From Lytechinus pictus (lineage: Eukaryota), in contig NC_087256.1 in NCBI RefSeq assembly GCF_037042905.1, positions 25,606,001 to 25,670,000 of the forward strand: a stretch of 64,000 nucleotides of DNA, in the 5' to 3' direction. Below are positions 1 to 13,500 of this stretch, piece after piece (position 1 is the stretch's first letter; each line of letters opens with the position of its first letter). Both the position numbers and the translations under genes were made by a program. The notes beneath the pieces were generated by a model, which ran no database searches, was not told where the DNA came from, and saw only the letters and a program-made list of their open reading frames with translations.

Positions 1-2741
1 ACAGCTGCGATCTCCACGCAAACACACACAATAATATATTAGAGCCATGTATCTTCACAGTGCAGCCAACCGTACCCTTACATTCGTGTAGTCTTCAAAA
101 CAAGACCCTGTAATTTTTCAGAATGCGCGGTATTCCGCAACAACCGCTGTGGGGGAAACAAAATTATTAGTGCAGAGTAAATTTTATGTCATTTAAATTC
201 TTGTCAATATTGTCGTAATGCAAAACATGTTTTAGAAAAATCGTAACCTGGATACGATATGTGGTGTGCGATGCACTCAACTATATACTGTTTTGGATAA
301 TGTAGGCGATTTCTATCCAGTGTCGGCAACAAACATTTGCGACCCACTCAACTATCGTTCTAAAGCATGAATCAGTGTAAAGTTTGGTTTTCAAAAAGAA
401 AATAGGCCTATTTGTTCTGTATTTCTGGTCTGACCCCCCCCCCCCCTCGCCTAAAAAAATGTGAGGTCAGGTGGAAGTGTTTATGTTGATTTTTAGCCCT
501 TTTTGTGGTGACCCAGGTTGAATACAAAATTAAATGTATTTATTACAAAACATAATTCTAGCATAATATTCATACGTTATCATTATTACGTAACTGATCT
601 CACATCTCTCTCTCTCTCTCTATTTTTTAATGAAATAAAGATGATTTGTATAGAGAGGAGATAAAAATCTCTGGAAAAAAAAATATTTTGAAATATGATC
701 ATATCTGATCTTTGTAGCTGCATCTATAAAAGGATATTAATCTGGGCCAACTATGCATCTCGTACATGCCAAGGAATGGACAATAGATGCCGGATATTCT
801 TTTTCGTGTGGAAAATATAATGCAATATAAATATGGAAATATAATGACAATTTTAGACAAGAAAAGGGCCTCATTGCATATAATGTCTTTGAATAATTGA
901 TTATTTTCAAACGTTTGGCTTCATTCATTCCGCGAGCGAGCATACATAGCAAGCACTTTGAATTAAAAAAAAACTGTCTTCATTGACATGCCAGGAAGCC
1001 CAATGGGATCTCTATTTGATATAAAATCGTAGCTGAACAGTGAAAGAACGATAAACATAACAGGTAAAATTCACTCTGTGGACATTTCATGATGGGGGTG
1101 AAATATTCATTATATCTGCTTCGGTATTAAAAAGAATAATTTTCGACCAAAGTAGCCACCTGTCTGATAGCGACTACATTTTATTGTTCATGCCACCAAG
1201 TCATGAACAATAGATGCCCAGACTCTCTTTCATGAGGAATGTCTAATCCGCGCTCCCTCCTGACCTATTATCGAGGAGAGCAATTTAGCACAGGATGTTC
1301 ATAGAAATCGGGCAACGCGCGCGTCTTTTGATTTGACAATTGAATACTTTCAAAGGTTCCGATACGAACAATAACTTTTCTCTCCGTTGAGATCAAGATT
1401 AAAATTCCTCTGTCTCTTTCCCCAACACCTTCCATTGACTTATTGCCATTAAAATACATAATTTTTATTCAAATATTTGTTTCGACTTTAAGACATTTAG
1501 CATCGACAATATGCGTCAAATTTCCTGTAATCTAAATGATGATGATGATGATGATGATAGGGATGATGGTAAAGATGGCATGGATAATGTCGAGAATGAT
1601 AACAAGAAATCACGGGGGAAACAGCACACCTCCGCCACCACGACCACCAGCACAAACACTGGCATCGTTACTTCCACTTATCAAAACACAAATAATTTAA
1701 AATAATTAAATTTACTTGTAGCCGAAGCCTATTTTGCATATTTAGAAATAAAGGATAAAGATGAGATTTAAGATTGAAGAAATGTATAGGCTATAGTCCT
1801 TAACAAATCAAAAATACAGGAAATTGAAAGATAAAAGAGGAAACAGAAATAACGAAGCAATGGGGTGTGAAGGTAGAAATTACTAACAATTTATAGAAAT
1901 TTAGATCTTTATAATTTGTTGAACCTTACGATTGTTGATTCAAATAATATGTTTGTAATGAATTAAAGATATTGCTTTCGACAATATCAGAAATTATATT
2001 TTCTACACCTCTTTATTTGTGATATTTATAACCCCGTCATTAAAAATATCAATCTAGTAAGGATTAATTTTACTTCCCCTTCCCTGAAATAAAAAATGAT
2101 ATGAACATTATTTGCTGTTCAAATGATATATAAGTGACACCACTAAATTTTATAGCGTGCATTTTCAATATTTTATTCATGCGGTAGGATTTATGCACAA
2201 TCAACATACTCGATATGTTAGTACATTTCACATTTCCAATTATCAAATTTGCTTGATTTATTATTTTTTTCATTTAGTAGTTATCCAGTTTATGCTACCA
2301 GATTTGGCATATGAGCATGTAGGGGAATATACTAATTATCTTTTTTGCTGGCAAAAAGGGAGAAACAAAAGAAAGCGGATCATCGGAAGAAATTATACAT
2401 TGATTGATATAAATTATTTCTCGCTAATAAAACAAATGAGGAAGAATGACAAAAAAAAAACGCATTACGGAAAATGCATGACATTCACAGAATTTTGTAA
2501 ATAAAAGATCATGGAAAGTGCGTTTAATCGCTCGATTCGCTCACTCACATTTTTCTTTTTTTAAATCTTCCTTACACCCATCATATTTTTTACTTCACCC
2601 TTTTCTTATTGGCAACATATATTTTGTTGATGATCAAAATAATATTTAGGTTTCTTTCCGTAACCGATGCAAATTTGATGTTTATTTTTTCCACCAAACT
2701 TGGTACGTAATTTGGTGTTGTTATCAAATTTGTTTGATTCA

Positions 2742-3710
2742 TTTTTGTCTCACCTGCATAGCAGAGTGAGACTATAGGCGCCGCTTTTCCGACGGCGACG
2801 GCGGCGGCGGCGGCGGCGGCGGCGTCAACACCAAATCTTAACCTGAGGTTAAGTTTTTGAAATGACAGCATAACTTAGAAAGTATATGGACCTAGTTCAT
2901 GAAACTTGGCCATAAGGTTAATCAAGTATTACTGAACATCCTGCCTGAGTTTCATGTCACATGACCAAGGTCAAAGGTCATTTAGGGTCAATGAACTTAG
3001 ACCATGTTGGGGGAATCAACATCAAAATCTTAACCTAAGGTTAAGTTTTTGAAATGTCATCATAACTTAGAAAATATATGGACCTAGTTCATGAAACTTA
3101 TACATAAGGTTAATCAAGTATCACTGAACATCCTGCATGAGTTTCACGTCACATGACCAAGGTCAAAGGTCATTTAGGGTCAATGAACTTTGGCCGAATT
3201 GGGGTATCTGTTGAATTACCATCATAACTTTGAAAGTTTATGGATCTGATTCATGAAACTTGGACATAATAGTAATCAAGTATTACTGAACATCCTGTGC
3301 AAGTTTCAGGTCACATGATCAAGGTCAAAGGTCATTTAGGGTCAATGAACTTTGGCCAAATTGGGGTATTTGTTGAATTACAGCCATAAATTTGAAAGTG
3401 TGTTGGTCTAGTTCATAAAACTTGGACATAATAGTAATCAAGTATCACTGAACATCCTGTGCGAGTTTCAGGTCACATGATCAAGGTCAAAGGTCATGTA
3501 AGGTCAAAGAACTTTGGCCACGTTGGGGGTATTTGTTGAATTGCCATCATATCTCTATAAGTGTATTGGTCTAGTTCATAAAAGGTGGAAATAAGAGTAA
3601 CCAAGTATCACTGAACATCTTGTGCGAGTTATAGTAGTTTTCAAAATCAGCACTGCTGCTATATTGAATCGCGTGATGCAGGTGAGACGGCCAGAGGCAT
3701 TCCACTTGTT
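2742..3710 (+). mobile_element. Helentron-associated interspersed element (HINE; DINE-1/Tsp/pearl-like) with internal tandem repeats
   Basis: Subterminal inverted repeat GTCTCACCTGCAT (2747) / ATGCAGGTGAGAC (~3676). Short 5' palindrome GTCTCAC..GTGAGAC, a (GGC)n microsatellite at ~2790-2824, and about 4.5 tandem units of ~160-190 bp (starting ~2869, 3061, 3224, 3385, 3548). Flanked by T-runs with no TSD. Confidence 0.8.
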
Positions 3711-3799
3711 TTCATTTAGTAGTACATGCTATCAGATTTGACATATGAGCTCAGCGTGTAGGGGAATTTACCCATCATCTTTTTGCTGGCAACATAAAA

Positions 3800-4159
3800 T
3801 CATAATTATTTCATACTTGTGTGAATAATATGTCTCCCTTATAATGAGATAAGTTGCAGCAATAAATATCTAATGCATTAAATCAGTTGTCAATTCAATT
3901 TTTCTAGTGCTTGGAGGAAAAAAATTGAATAAACCTAATTTCATATGATAAAATACAGAGGAACAAGTGGAGATGTGACATCATCAGCCAACCTAATGAA
4001 TATTCATGACGACTGTTTTCATAAAATATTGCTAAACTTTAAAATTCAATAACTTTGTTATTTGTTATCCGATTTTGATGAAATTTTCGGTATTTTGCTT
4101 AGTGAATTCTGCTCTATTTATAAAACTATAAATACTTTCAGCCCGGACCATCCCTTTAA
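3800..4159. mobile_element. Kolobok-like MITE fragment (right half)
   Basis: Shares the ATCCGATTTTGATGAAATTTTC motif and the CCTTTAA end with the full copies elsewhere in the window. Confidence 0.5.
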
Positions 4160-4164
4160 TACTA

Positions 4165-4310
4165 AGAAGAAGGTGAAGGAGAAGAATAATGATAATGATA
4201 ATAATAATTATAATAACAATAATGATAATAATGATTATGATAATAGTAATACTAATAATGATAATATTAATAATATTAATAACGATAATAAATGAATAAA
4301 TAAATAATGA
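4165..4310. repeat. (GAA)n/(AAT)n microsatellite
   Basis: Imperfect trinucleotide runs seen directly. Confidence 0.85.
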
Positions 4311-4924
4311 GTGTGATGATTGCAGTGCGCAGACGAGAGTTGGAAATGACAGGCTTCTTTACTCATGTATTTATAACGCGAAAAATTTTGTGAGAATGCT
4401 AAAAACAATGTATAAGACCTTTGCCCCCCCCCCCAAAAAAAAAAAATCTCCCCCAAACCGTGCACATTTGCAGGCAGAAAAAAGCCTTGACTCAAGAATA
4501 CTACCATACCGGCCTGCAAAAGACCCGATCGATAGCTCATGAATATTCATGTGACAATAGCGAATGGGCGAGTAGCGTTGGGTGGGGAACATCGTACCGC
4601 TCGGTCATTGGTCAATTCCGAGCTGAATGTCTCCGCACATTCGCCTGTGCTCTGCCCATAGAAGTACGTGTATTGCTACACACAACCGTTATATTACACG
4701 TGTCTATAGGGGAAATCTTGATTCAGATCGCGGCAATATCCGAAATCAATTCTTCAAAATAATGATGAAAAAATACAATTTTACTCAAAAAATGTCTATG
4801 TAAACCACTATTTTTTATATGATAAAATGAATTGTGAATTCCTTGCTAGTATAACAACATAAAAAACAGAGAATATGGTGTTGATTTTCTGGCTGTAAAA
4901 TTGGTTTAAAAAAAAAAAGTTATT

Positions 4925-4998
4925 TGGGCACGTATACGTGCCAATGGCATTTGAGGGCTAAGGGCACGCATAGCTGCCAATGGCGTTTAAAGAGTTAA
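4925..4998. mobile_element. Right end of a piggyBac-like TIR element (left end not found)
   Basis: Tandem GGGCACG..GCCAATGGC subterminal repeats ending in AAAGAGTTAA, a TTAA-flanked terminus. Confidence 0.4.
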
Positions 4999-6909
4999 TA
5001 ATCCCAGGAATATTGCACCCAAATGTGAAGTAGCATAATATTTTTCACCTGATTTGTAAACTACTCAAACATTTTGGAAGCAATGGACTGGAAACTAATT
5101 TGCTCAAGGTATAAGTTCTATTCATTAACTAATTTAAGAAAAGGCCACAAATTAAACCCCCATCTATCAAAAAGATATATAGATTATTGACAAGTGTTTA
5201 CATTCATGTAACTCTTGTCTCCAATTACATTAAATGTTAAAACAGTGTCAGCTTTTCAACTTAATTAATGATTCATAGCATAATGATAAAAAATGTGTCC
5301 CATTATTTTAAGTGACTTATGTCAATGTTAAAAAAGAATTGTATTCAATGATGTCAATGACATTCAGAGTGATAGTAAAAATGTCAGATTTTAGAAAATG
5401 AATGTCAATTTTGCAGCTACTCTGACAAAGACATTGATAGTTCGTCAGCACAAAAAATATTCTGAGGTAACTACATGTATTTTGACCATGGACAAGCACA
5501 TGGGAAATAACAAGTACTCTCAAAATAAATATGTGCTGAATAAACCAACTGAATTTGAACTCCCCGGTAACACCTGTGATTAATATTTAAGATTAATTCG
5601 GATAGACTTGGCTTCCTATGAACTATTGTATCTACTGTAACCCTGGAAGATTTTTAAAAGAATGCAAATTACATAACTCATTGCCCTGGAAGAGGAATTG
5701 CTCCAAAGGTGAGCCATTTACAATGCTTTCACCTTTAGTCTGAAAAGTTGGGATCACCCTTAAACAATTAGATTGCCCTACCTTTCTATAGACAATAGCA
5801 ATTCCAACCTATTATTTATGTTCTGCAATTAAATGGAAGAAATACCAGGGTTGAAGACAATAAATTTGGATGTTTCTCAAGTCTGCTCTCAAGTATTCAG
5901 AGGGTCTGCTTAAGAAACAAAAGAAATACATTTGTAATATTTGATGGAAATTGATCAATAGCTTATTTTGGGATGATTTCTGCAGATCTTCATTCATTGA
6001 AGTTCCTGTTGATCAGTGGAAATAACTTTCTACAGAAAGCACTGAATGAAATTATCTAGCATCTGCTTAATTAAAAGGGGAGTAGTTTTGTATAAAAGCT
6101 TTGAACACAATTACCTGAGGAATCTGCTTACAAACATTATCAATGGAAATAACTTTGAATCATTTTGAATTCAAAAGCCTTTTACCCCTTTTGATAAAAC
6201 CTAAAGGGTGTGCTGTATGTTATATGCGCATGTTAAGCTTGGATGGAAGAAACTTGACTTTAAAAGCATTCCTCAGTATAATCATTTAAACTTTAAAGGG
6301 ATAAAGTAACAATGTTCACAGACACGGTTTACTTTGAATTAATAAAATCACTGAATAATATTTAAAGAAATTTTCATTATCCCCTACCTCCTCCTTTTTA
6401 TTTTTGAGGATTCAGGGGTAATATTCCCAGAAAAATATGCTGTGAATAATAAAATATCAGAGCAATGGTTTTCACTCACTTGTTTTAGTGCATCGTAAAA
6501 AGAATGAATGGTCATTCTAGATGCAAAAGATGAAAATAATACACTTCGTGATAATTTTCCCTTGAAATCTTTTTATGAAGTTAAAATCAAATCATGATTA
6601 GGGTTAGAGTCATTGAGCAAAAGAAATACTTTTCTCTGCTTCTCAGCTCTTGATTCCTAATCACAACTGGAAGTCAATCTTCAGGTTTGGATATTTAGAA
6701 CACCATGCTTTTAAATTTAAATCAATTTTCGTACAAAATATGAATATCAAGCAATGGTGTAAATTCTTTTAATAGTCAAAAATTAATCAATGATTACAAG
6801 ACAATTTGTCTCTAAGTAATAACTGTAAAAGGAATGTTACGAGAATTCTCTCTAGCATTCAAATCCCTAATCGAACTTGGGAAAATCAAATTATAGCAAC
6901 ATAAAATGA

Positions 6910-7911
6910 TCAATGCCAAAATACATCCTCTTGAATGTATGCGAGCAAAATAAAGCATAGATCTACGCAATACCACGGTGGTACCAATGTAGTACCGTAC
7001 AACCTAAAAGGATAGCAACGGTGATCACGCTCAATGCCAAAATACAGTAGTGGGTCACTCCACCCGTGACTTTGATGCAGCTGAAAAGCTACAGCGCTAT
7101 CCCAGTACAATGCATGCTTATGTGGGTTAGGATTAAATCCTAACAAATTCAACCCAATCTTACACATATTTACATCATACAAATTCGGCTTAGATTGAAT
7201 GGTAATTTCTGAACTATCAGAAATGTCATCAGAGTTGAAAGTCTTATTATTTACAGTGTTAGCTCTCAACTCTGTTTTGGCTGGAGTGGCTTCTCTTTTT
7301 GCCATTTCATAACTTTGAAATAAAGGATCAGAAATAATGGAATTACACTGCTCCTTTGCAGATTCAGAAACTATAGGAGAATTAATAACTAAACATGGGC
7401 CCTCGCTAGAAATTGGTGAGGAAAAAGCGTTATCTAATTTGTTACTCAAATCAAGATTCGCTCTTGCGGATGAAGTCGGTCCCTGGTCAGGTATGGATTG
7501 GGAGCCCTCAATTTGAAGAGATGTGGTCAAAGCCACATCTGAATCAACTTTCGGGACAAGACCCTCCCCATTGGATTTGAAGCCCTCAGTTTGATGCGAA
7601 GTGGTCAAAGCCATATCTGTCTGAACTGTTGGGTCAAAGCTCTTCTCAATGGATTGGAAGCCCTCAGTATCAAGAGATGTGGTCAAAGCCACATCTGAAT
7701 CAACTTTCGGGACAAGACCCTCCCCATTGGATTTGAAGTCCTCAGTTTGATGCAAAGTGGTCGAAGCCACATCTGTTTCAACTATTGGGTCAAAGCCCTC
7801 CCCATTGCCAGAGATCAGACTACCAGATTTGGGTGGATCCAATTTCTTTTTGCTTATGGAACCCTGGCCTTCTGTTATTAAGGTTGAAGGTCGGCCTCTC
7901 TCTTCAACCAT
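6910..7911 (-). pseudogene. Ser/Thr/acidic repeat-rich ORF, probably a frameshifted continuation of gag
   Basis: 333-aa ORF overlapping the end of the gag frame. Four 26-aa (78-bp) tandem repeats such as NGEGLVPKVDSDVALTTSLDTEGFQS at ~7490-7810. Confidence 0.55.
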
Positions 7912-8474
7912 TCCCAGTTTGGGTGATTATTAGATTTGGAAAGTTTAGAAAGCTTACTAATGAGATTGTCTAACTTGTTATTAATAGAGACCATCTCAGT
8001 TTTCCATTGAGACTTTCCGACTCCATCAGAGTCCCTTGAATTATAGTTACATGACTTTGGGGTAGAATCCCGCAAAATATCAGGGGTAGCCTGAACTGGA
8101 CATTGTGTTCTGGGGTTGGGAAAATAATATGAAGAAAATTGGCTAACAAAAGCAGGATGCCCTCGGTGAGTTTGGACATTCTGAGGGTATGATTTAGGTG
8201 AATCACGTCCAAACCTTTGACCCAATTCAAAAACTAAATCAAAGTAATCAATTTTGGGGTCACATTCAAATACAGCCGCGCAAAGTTCAGCAGCTTGCCC
8301 CTGCAAACACAAGTATAAATTATTGATTCTCTGCCTGGCGGTCCAACCTGCCTTATCGGCATACCGAGAAAATTGTTGAAGAAAAACTTCCCAACTTCCA
8401 TTAATGCCATCATAAATTGGTTTGTCTAAAACAGAAACTTTTTCTTTAGTAAACCAAGTGGAAGAGGTCTGCCA
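7878..8474 (-). pseudogene. Retrotransposon gag (capsid N-terminal-like) remnant
   Basis: Manual extension of the ORF gives KPIYDGINGSWEVFLQQFSRYADKAGWTARQRINNLYLCLQGQAAELC..YFDLVFELGQRFG, the YDG..W..F..QF...A...GW...L.G.A...Y..L...L..RFG pattern typical of Gypsy gag. In-frame stop upstream and no ATG. Confidence 0.75.
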
Positions 8475-10519
8475 TCAACTTCTATAAAACATGTGGTATC
8501 CTCCACAGTTTGATCAAAAGTATTTCAAACAACCATATTTCAAAAACATGAAACCCAATTTGACCTAACAGCAATTTCGCCTAGTCCTTAAACTTAAACC
8601 AATCACAGTGAAGGAATATAAGTAGAATATAAAATTCCAGGTTGAAAATACCTTCCTACTAAATTGCATTCAGTGCAGAACAATTTGAGATTCGATAACA
8701 TGGATTTCCAAGCAGAAAATACAATTCCTAATTCCACCTTGAGATTTGATAGCAAGACAATTTACCCAAGAAAATCAAATATAGTCTATCCTGATTTCAA
8801 TTCCAAGTATCCAAACAGTTAGCCTATCTTTTTTTTAAATAAGGAACTTCCTTGGAAAATGGTTGAAAATAAGTATCCACCTATTTTATTTTAAACCAGA
8901 AAACAGAATAATTTCAAATTGGAAAATGTGGTGACTATACATAAAATATAACAATCACCAAACTATTGAATTAATGCTCAGCTAGACAAGTGAAAGAAAA
9001 CAAGCACAATTCAGCTTGGTCCATTCACTAACTGAGCCACGCCCAAGGCAAAAATTCACAAACAAAACACAGCAAAGAGCATGAAAATTCAGCACTCTGA
9101 ATCACTCAAAAATGACACAAACAAAACATGGGAAAGAGATTTGAAAATCAAAATTCCAAAATCTTGCAATTTGGGAAATGTTACAAAATTGATAGCTGGG
9201 ATAATCTGGAAACAAATTTGATACAATTATCCCACTGAAGTTGGACAGTAAAATTAGTACAAGTTTTGAATCCAAAATAGGAATTGCAAAAGACAAGGGT
9301 TGACTTTGGGCGTGTGGTACAAATGCTATTAAAGGAAGATGGACTGACCATCTAACTCAATACAAGACACCACGTTCAAAGCCAATGTAAAGATAATGCT
9401 TTGCAAAATGTCAAAAATACAAATTTATTTGTGGAGTCTCACTCCCATGCAACACAACAAGCATTCAGAAATATAATCAGAATATCACTATCATATGATC
9501 ACAAGCAATACAAAATCAAAAGCACAATGTATTTTTGATCTTTTAAACACTCTAAATAAATCCAATATCTACCCCCTTCCAAAAATTTATGAAGGAAGCA
9601 GAACACTCCCAAAACACACTCAAAATAAATCAAAATGAAAATGAATGAATCGAAATCCAATGGGATACCAATTCGCGCAAAGTAAGGTTCGCAACGCCAC
9701 TGTGGTAATTTTTGGGGTATATTAATATATATATCACCTGTGAGGGAAAAGGGGGAAAGTGGGATTAACAGAAGGAAACTTTAGATATACTCACCAGACA
9801 GGAGTTGGTGCAAGGCACGGTGAAATATAGATACGGTAACCAAAAAGCAGGCCCAAAGTAACTTGTAGATATTACTGGTATTCTTGCTGTAGATGGCTAT
9901 TGGTGTGATATATAGTTGCTGCAGCTAGGCGAAAGGGCGAAGGTTGATTTGTGTAGATATTATCTAATCACAGACGTCCTCGTCTCGCACCGGTCGACTC
10001 TCAAGTGGTCATTAGATCCCTTGGCTGGCCTGACTATGCAGCTATGCTGAGACCTGAGTTGTGCACCCAAGCATGGAAGAATGCACAGGGCTTGGGGTTT
10101 GGGTCTATTGTTGTGTGCACACAGCCTCTAGCCCATAGTACATATACATGTATATTCTATGCTCCATTCAAGGAGGTAGTTGCTCCAACCCATCCCACAG
10201 TAGTACATGTATGTAGGGAGCAGTCGCGCGTGCCCCAGACTGTGGTACATTTTACCACACTATCAACAGCACATTTCCGCTTCATTCTTTATGTCTTTGG
10301 TTTGGCACAAACAGAAACTTAACCAGGTTTATGTTTCGATTTGAAATGTGTAGGCCCAGTGTACTTATCATTATCAATCTAATTGAATTAAACTAAAGGC
10401 AATAAAAAGCTAAAAAAAAATGAAATTCAAATATGTCTGGCATCTATTGTTTTGTAAGAATCAATGAAAATAAGTCAAAGATCTAAATTAGGCCTAAGTT
10501 GAATAATATTATAGTTCAG

Positions 10520-13500
10520 GGGCGGTATTATGAAAACCGTGTTAGCACAAAAACGGTGTTAGCTAACACGATTGGTATTCTGAAAATTGTGTTAGCATGA
10601 AAAACAAGTGGTAACACCACGCAGGTCATGAAATACGCAGAGCGCAACGAGCAACCCCCATACGCGGTGTTAGGGAGGAAGATAACACGAAATTTTGTAT
10701 TCTAAAAATGGTGTTAGCTAAAATTTTGTTCAAAGATAATGTAGGGTTGAAGAAAATTATATGTTTGGAGTTGAAAATAAAACAGACACAAAATGAAGAG
10801 AACTTAAACCGAAGAAGTCTGGTAGTGCACTGTTTAATATCTGGGCTGCTTTGCCTCAGCTATAAAATCAAATCATTCTATATTTTACATAAATATTTAA
10901 ATTAGAAATAGCAACCAATCAAACTAAAGAAAATGGAAGGATCGAACTAAAATGTAAGAACCCAATTCATAAGATAAACCAATAAGGAATGAGATGAGAT
11001 GACAAAGATGTCTGGTGATTATGTAATAATGGAAGTAGAAACTAAGGAGTCAGGTGAGGGATGGAATGAGTGGAACACCTGAAGAGAGAATAGAGAAGGA
11101 ATGAAGATGACAAGAGAAACACAGGAAAGGCATTCAGAGTAGAATGAATGAATGACAACTGAATATCATTAAACTCAAATAACCTAAGTCCAGACTGCAA
11201 GGGCAGTACTGAAAAGAAATGCAAATGAACTAAAGTCTAGACAGAACAGAAATGTAAAACACCTGAAGAAAACACAAGTCAAAGGAAATAAACAAAATAG
11301 GTAAATGACAAATTAACAATCCTACATAAACTTTCTCCTTCCAAAAAATTGTCCTCAATTTTCATAAAGGAAAGAATTAAAATATAAAATAAAGCTGCAA
11401 AACCAGAATTTGACAAGGAACATCTAAAATTATTTACATAAAAGTATTTAAAAAGAAGTAACGTAACCATGACTTAATTCAATATTTACAATAAATGTGA
11501 ATAGGAGAGGATGGAAAAATTGAAAAAAAATATATTTTATCAGAATTTTGAACTTTTCCTTTTTGGCATCATATGAGTAACTTCTATGGAAAATGAACAT
11601 GCAAATAATTTCAATGTATATCTTATACTTGCATGCCATGAAATGAAATACCGTATCAATAAGAAAAAAAAACAAGAATTGAAAATTTTTGTCTGATTTC
11701 GGAAAAGAAAAAATGTTATAATCTTGAATATATATATATATTTTTCAAATTATTAAAGATTTCTGTTTTTGTTAAATTTATGCATGTCTTGCCAACTGGA
11801 AAAATGTATCTCCTGGACTTACAAAAAAAATGAAAAACTTATATGAGAGCACCACTAGACAAATAGATAAAAACAATTATGGTAGCTCAAAGGAATATTG
11901 AACATTGAAAAGTGCAGGACAAAATACTACTGAACTTTACAAAAATTAAACATATGACGTTCAGCAAATAACATAATTACCAGAAATTATGAAAAATCAA
12001 ACGTTTGAATTTATATAAAGCCATATTTTCTGAAATTATATGACAAAGTACATCTGTGAAAATCTTTGACTTTACTTTAAAAAAAGACATTAAACTAGGG
12101 GTATCAAAAATCTAGGAATTTTAACTGAATGTTGGAAAAAGAAAGTACTGAGTAATACAAATAAAAAAGACTTATTTTGTATAATTTGTAAAATTACAAT
12201 GATGAAACTTCAATAGTAAAAAATAAGAAATGATTTAGATTGAACATTGAACTAAGTCTGACTTTGTGCAATATCATTGATAAAACTTTAATAAATATAC
12301 AGTGATTAAAATTGAAATAGTTTTGAGCATTAAGGTATATACAAATGAAATATTTCAAAAGTTTAGTTTGTCATAATTTCCTTTAGTTTTACGATTTCAT
12401 ATATTGCACTTAGTTCACATTATTTTCAGATTTAGAGATTTGTTAGTGTTCTCACCATCAGGGAAATAAATTGTCCAAAAGTTCCAAATAAAGTTTGAGT
12501 TTGAGAGAAGAATGTAGTCTGGTGGTAAAATGGAGACATCAAGTTCAAGTTGTTGAATATCGAACCTTCTTAGGGGGCGAAAAGTTTTCACTGTATGCAT
12601 GAAGACCAGGGGAACAGCATCATCCACTCATGGGCTGGAGCAACTGAAGAGCAAAAGGTGGCGGCTGGCTTCGAAGATCAAAGCAGAGCGTCATCAACTC
12701 TAGATGCGTAGGCGACAGAGTAACAGGCGAGAGGCTGGAAGGTGTCATGCATCGAGCGAAGATAAAGGGACAAAGCAACATGAAGACCAAAAGGCAGCAT
12801 CATTCACTCGACGAAGAGAAGCAAGGCGAGAGGCTGGAAGGCATCATGAGGCAAAGGTGGGGGACTGTTGAGCCGAAGAGACTGAATGAAGAAAAATAGG
12901 CAGCGACGTCATCCACTCCATGTAGTCGGGCAATGGTTGTAGTTAAAGGCGAGAGGCCGACTCGCAGGCAGAACTTTCATCTACTCACGTTGAGAAAAAG
13001 GCAAAGGTTGGCTGGTAATCAGGCAGAACGTTCATCCACTCACGAAGAGCAATAGGCGAAGATCCGAGCTGGTACTCAGGCAAGGCTTTCACCCACTCAC
13101 GTATAGAGCTAAAGGCGAAGACTGGCTGGTAGTAGCATCATCCTACTAGACAAGCCACAGCATTGACGTTGAAGTTGTAGGCGAGCTGCTGGCTAGCATC
13201 AATCAGGCAAGAGGTAACGGCTGAACAGAAGTGTGAAGGGCTAAATGTTTCTCCAACAGGAACATGATGACGATAAAGTTGACGAAATATGATTGAAAGT
13301 TTGTGGCGAACAGATAAGCGAGGCATAAGGTTCGAAACACCGCTGCTACCAGTTGTAGGGTTGAAGAAAATTATATGTTTGGAGTTGAAAATAAATGAAG
13401 TTCTAAATCAACAAACTCAATCAATCATGCTGAAGGGGGAATAAGTGAAACAGACACAAAATGAAGAGAACTTAAACCGAAGAAGTCTGGTAGTGCACTG

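Larger units (their letters stand above)
5000..10259 (-). mobile_element. Degenerate non-autonomous LTR retrotransposon (Gypsy-like gag, no pol); 5' LTR 9701-10259, 3' LTR absent
   Basis: LTR bounded by TGTGGTA..TACCACA. PBS-like TGGCGTTGCGAAC lies 1 nt inside it (9687-9699, minus). Gag-like frame at 8474-7878. Left boundary uncertain. Confidence 0.65.

Noticed and set aside
10260-10330. ATG..CAG|GTTTAT as a possible NHLRC2 first exon
   Set aside because: Phase 0 and no similarity to the NHLRC2 N-terminus.
12610-13140. CRISPR-like repeat-spacer array
   Set aside because: Eukaryotic context, degenerate repeats, mutually similar spacers and no cas genes.
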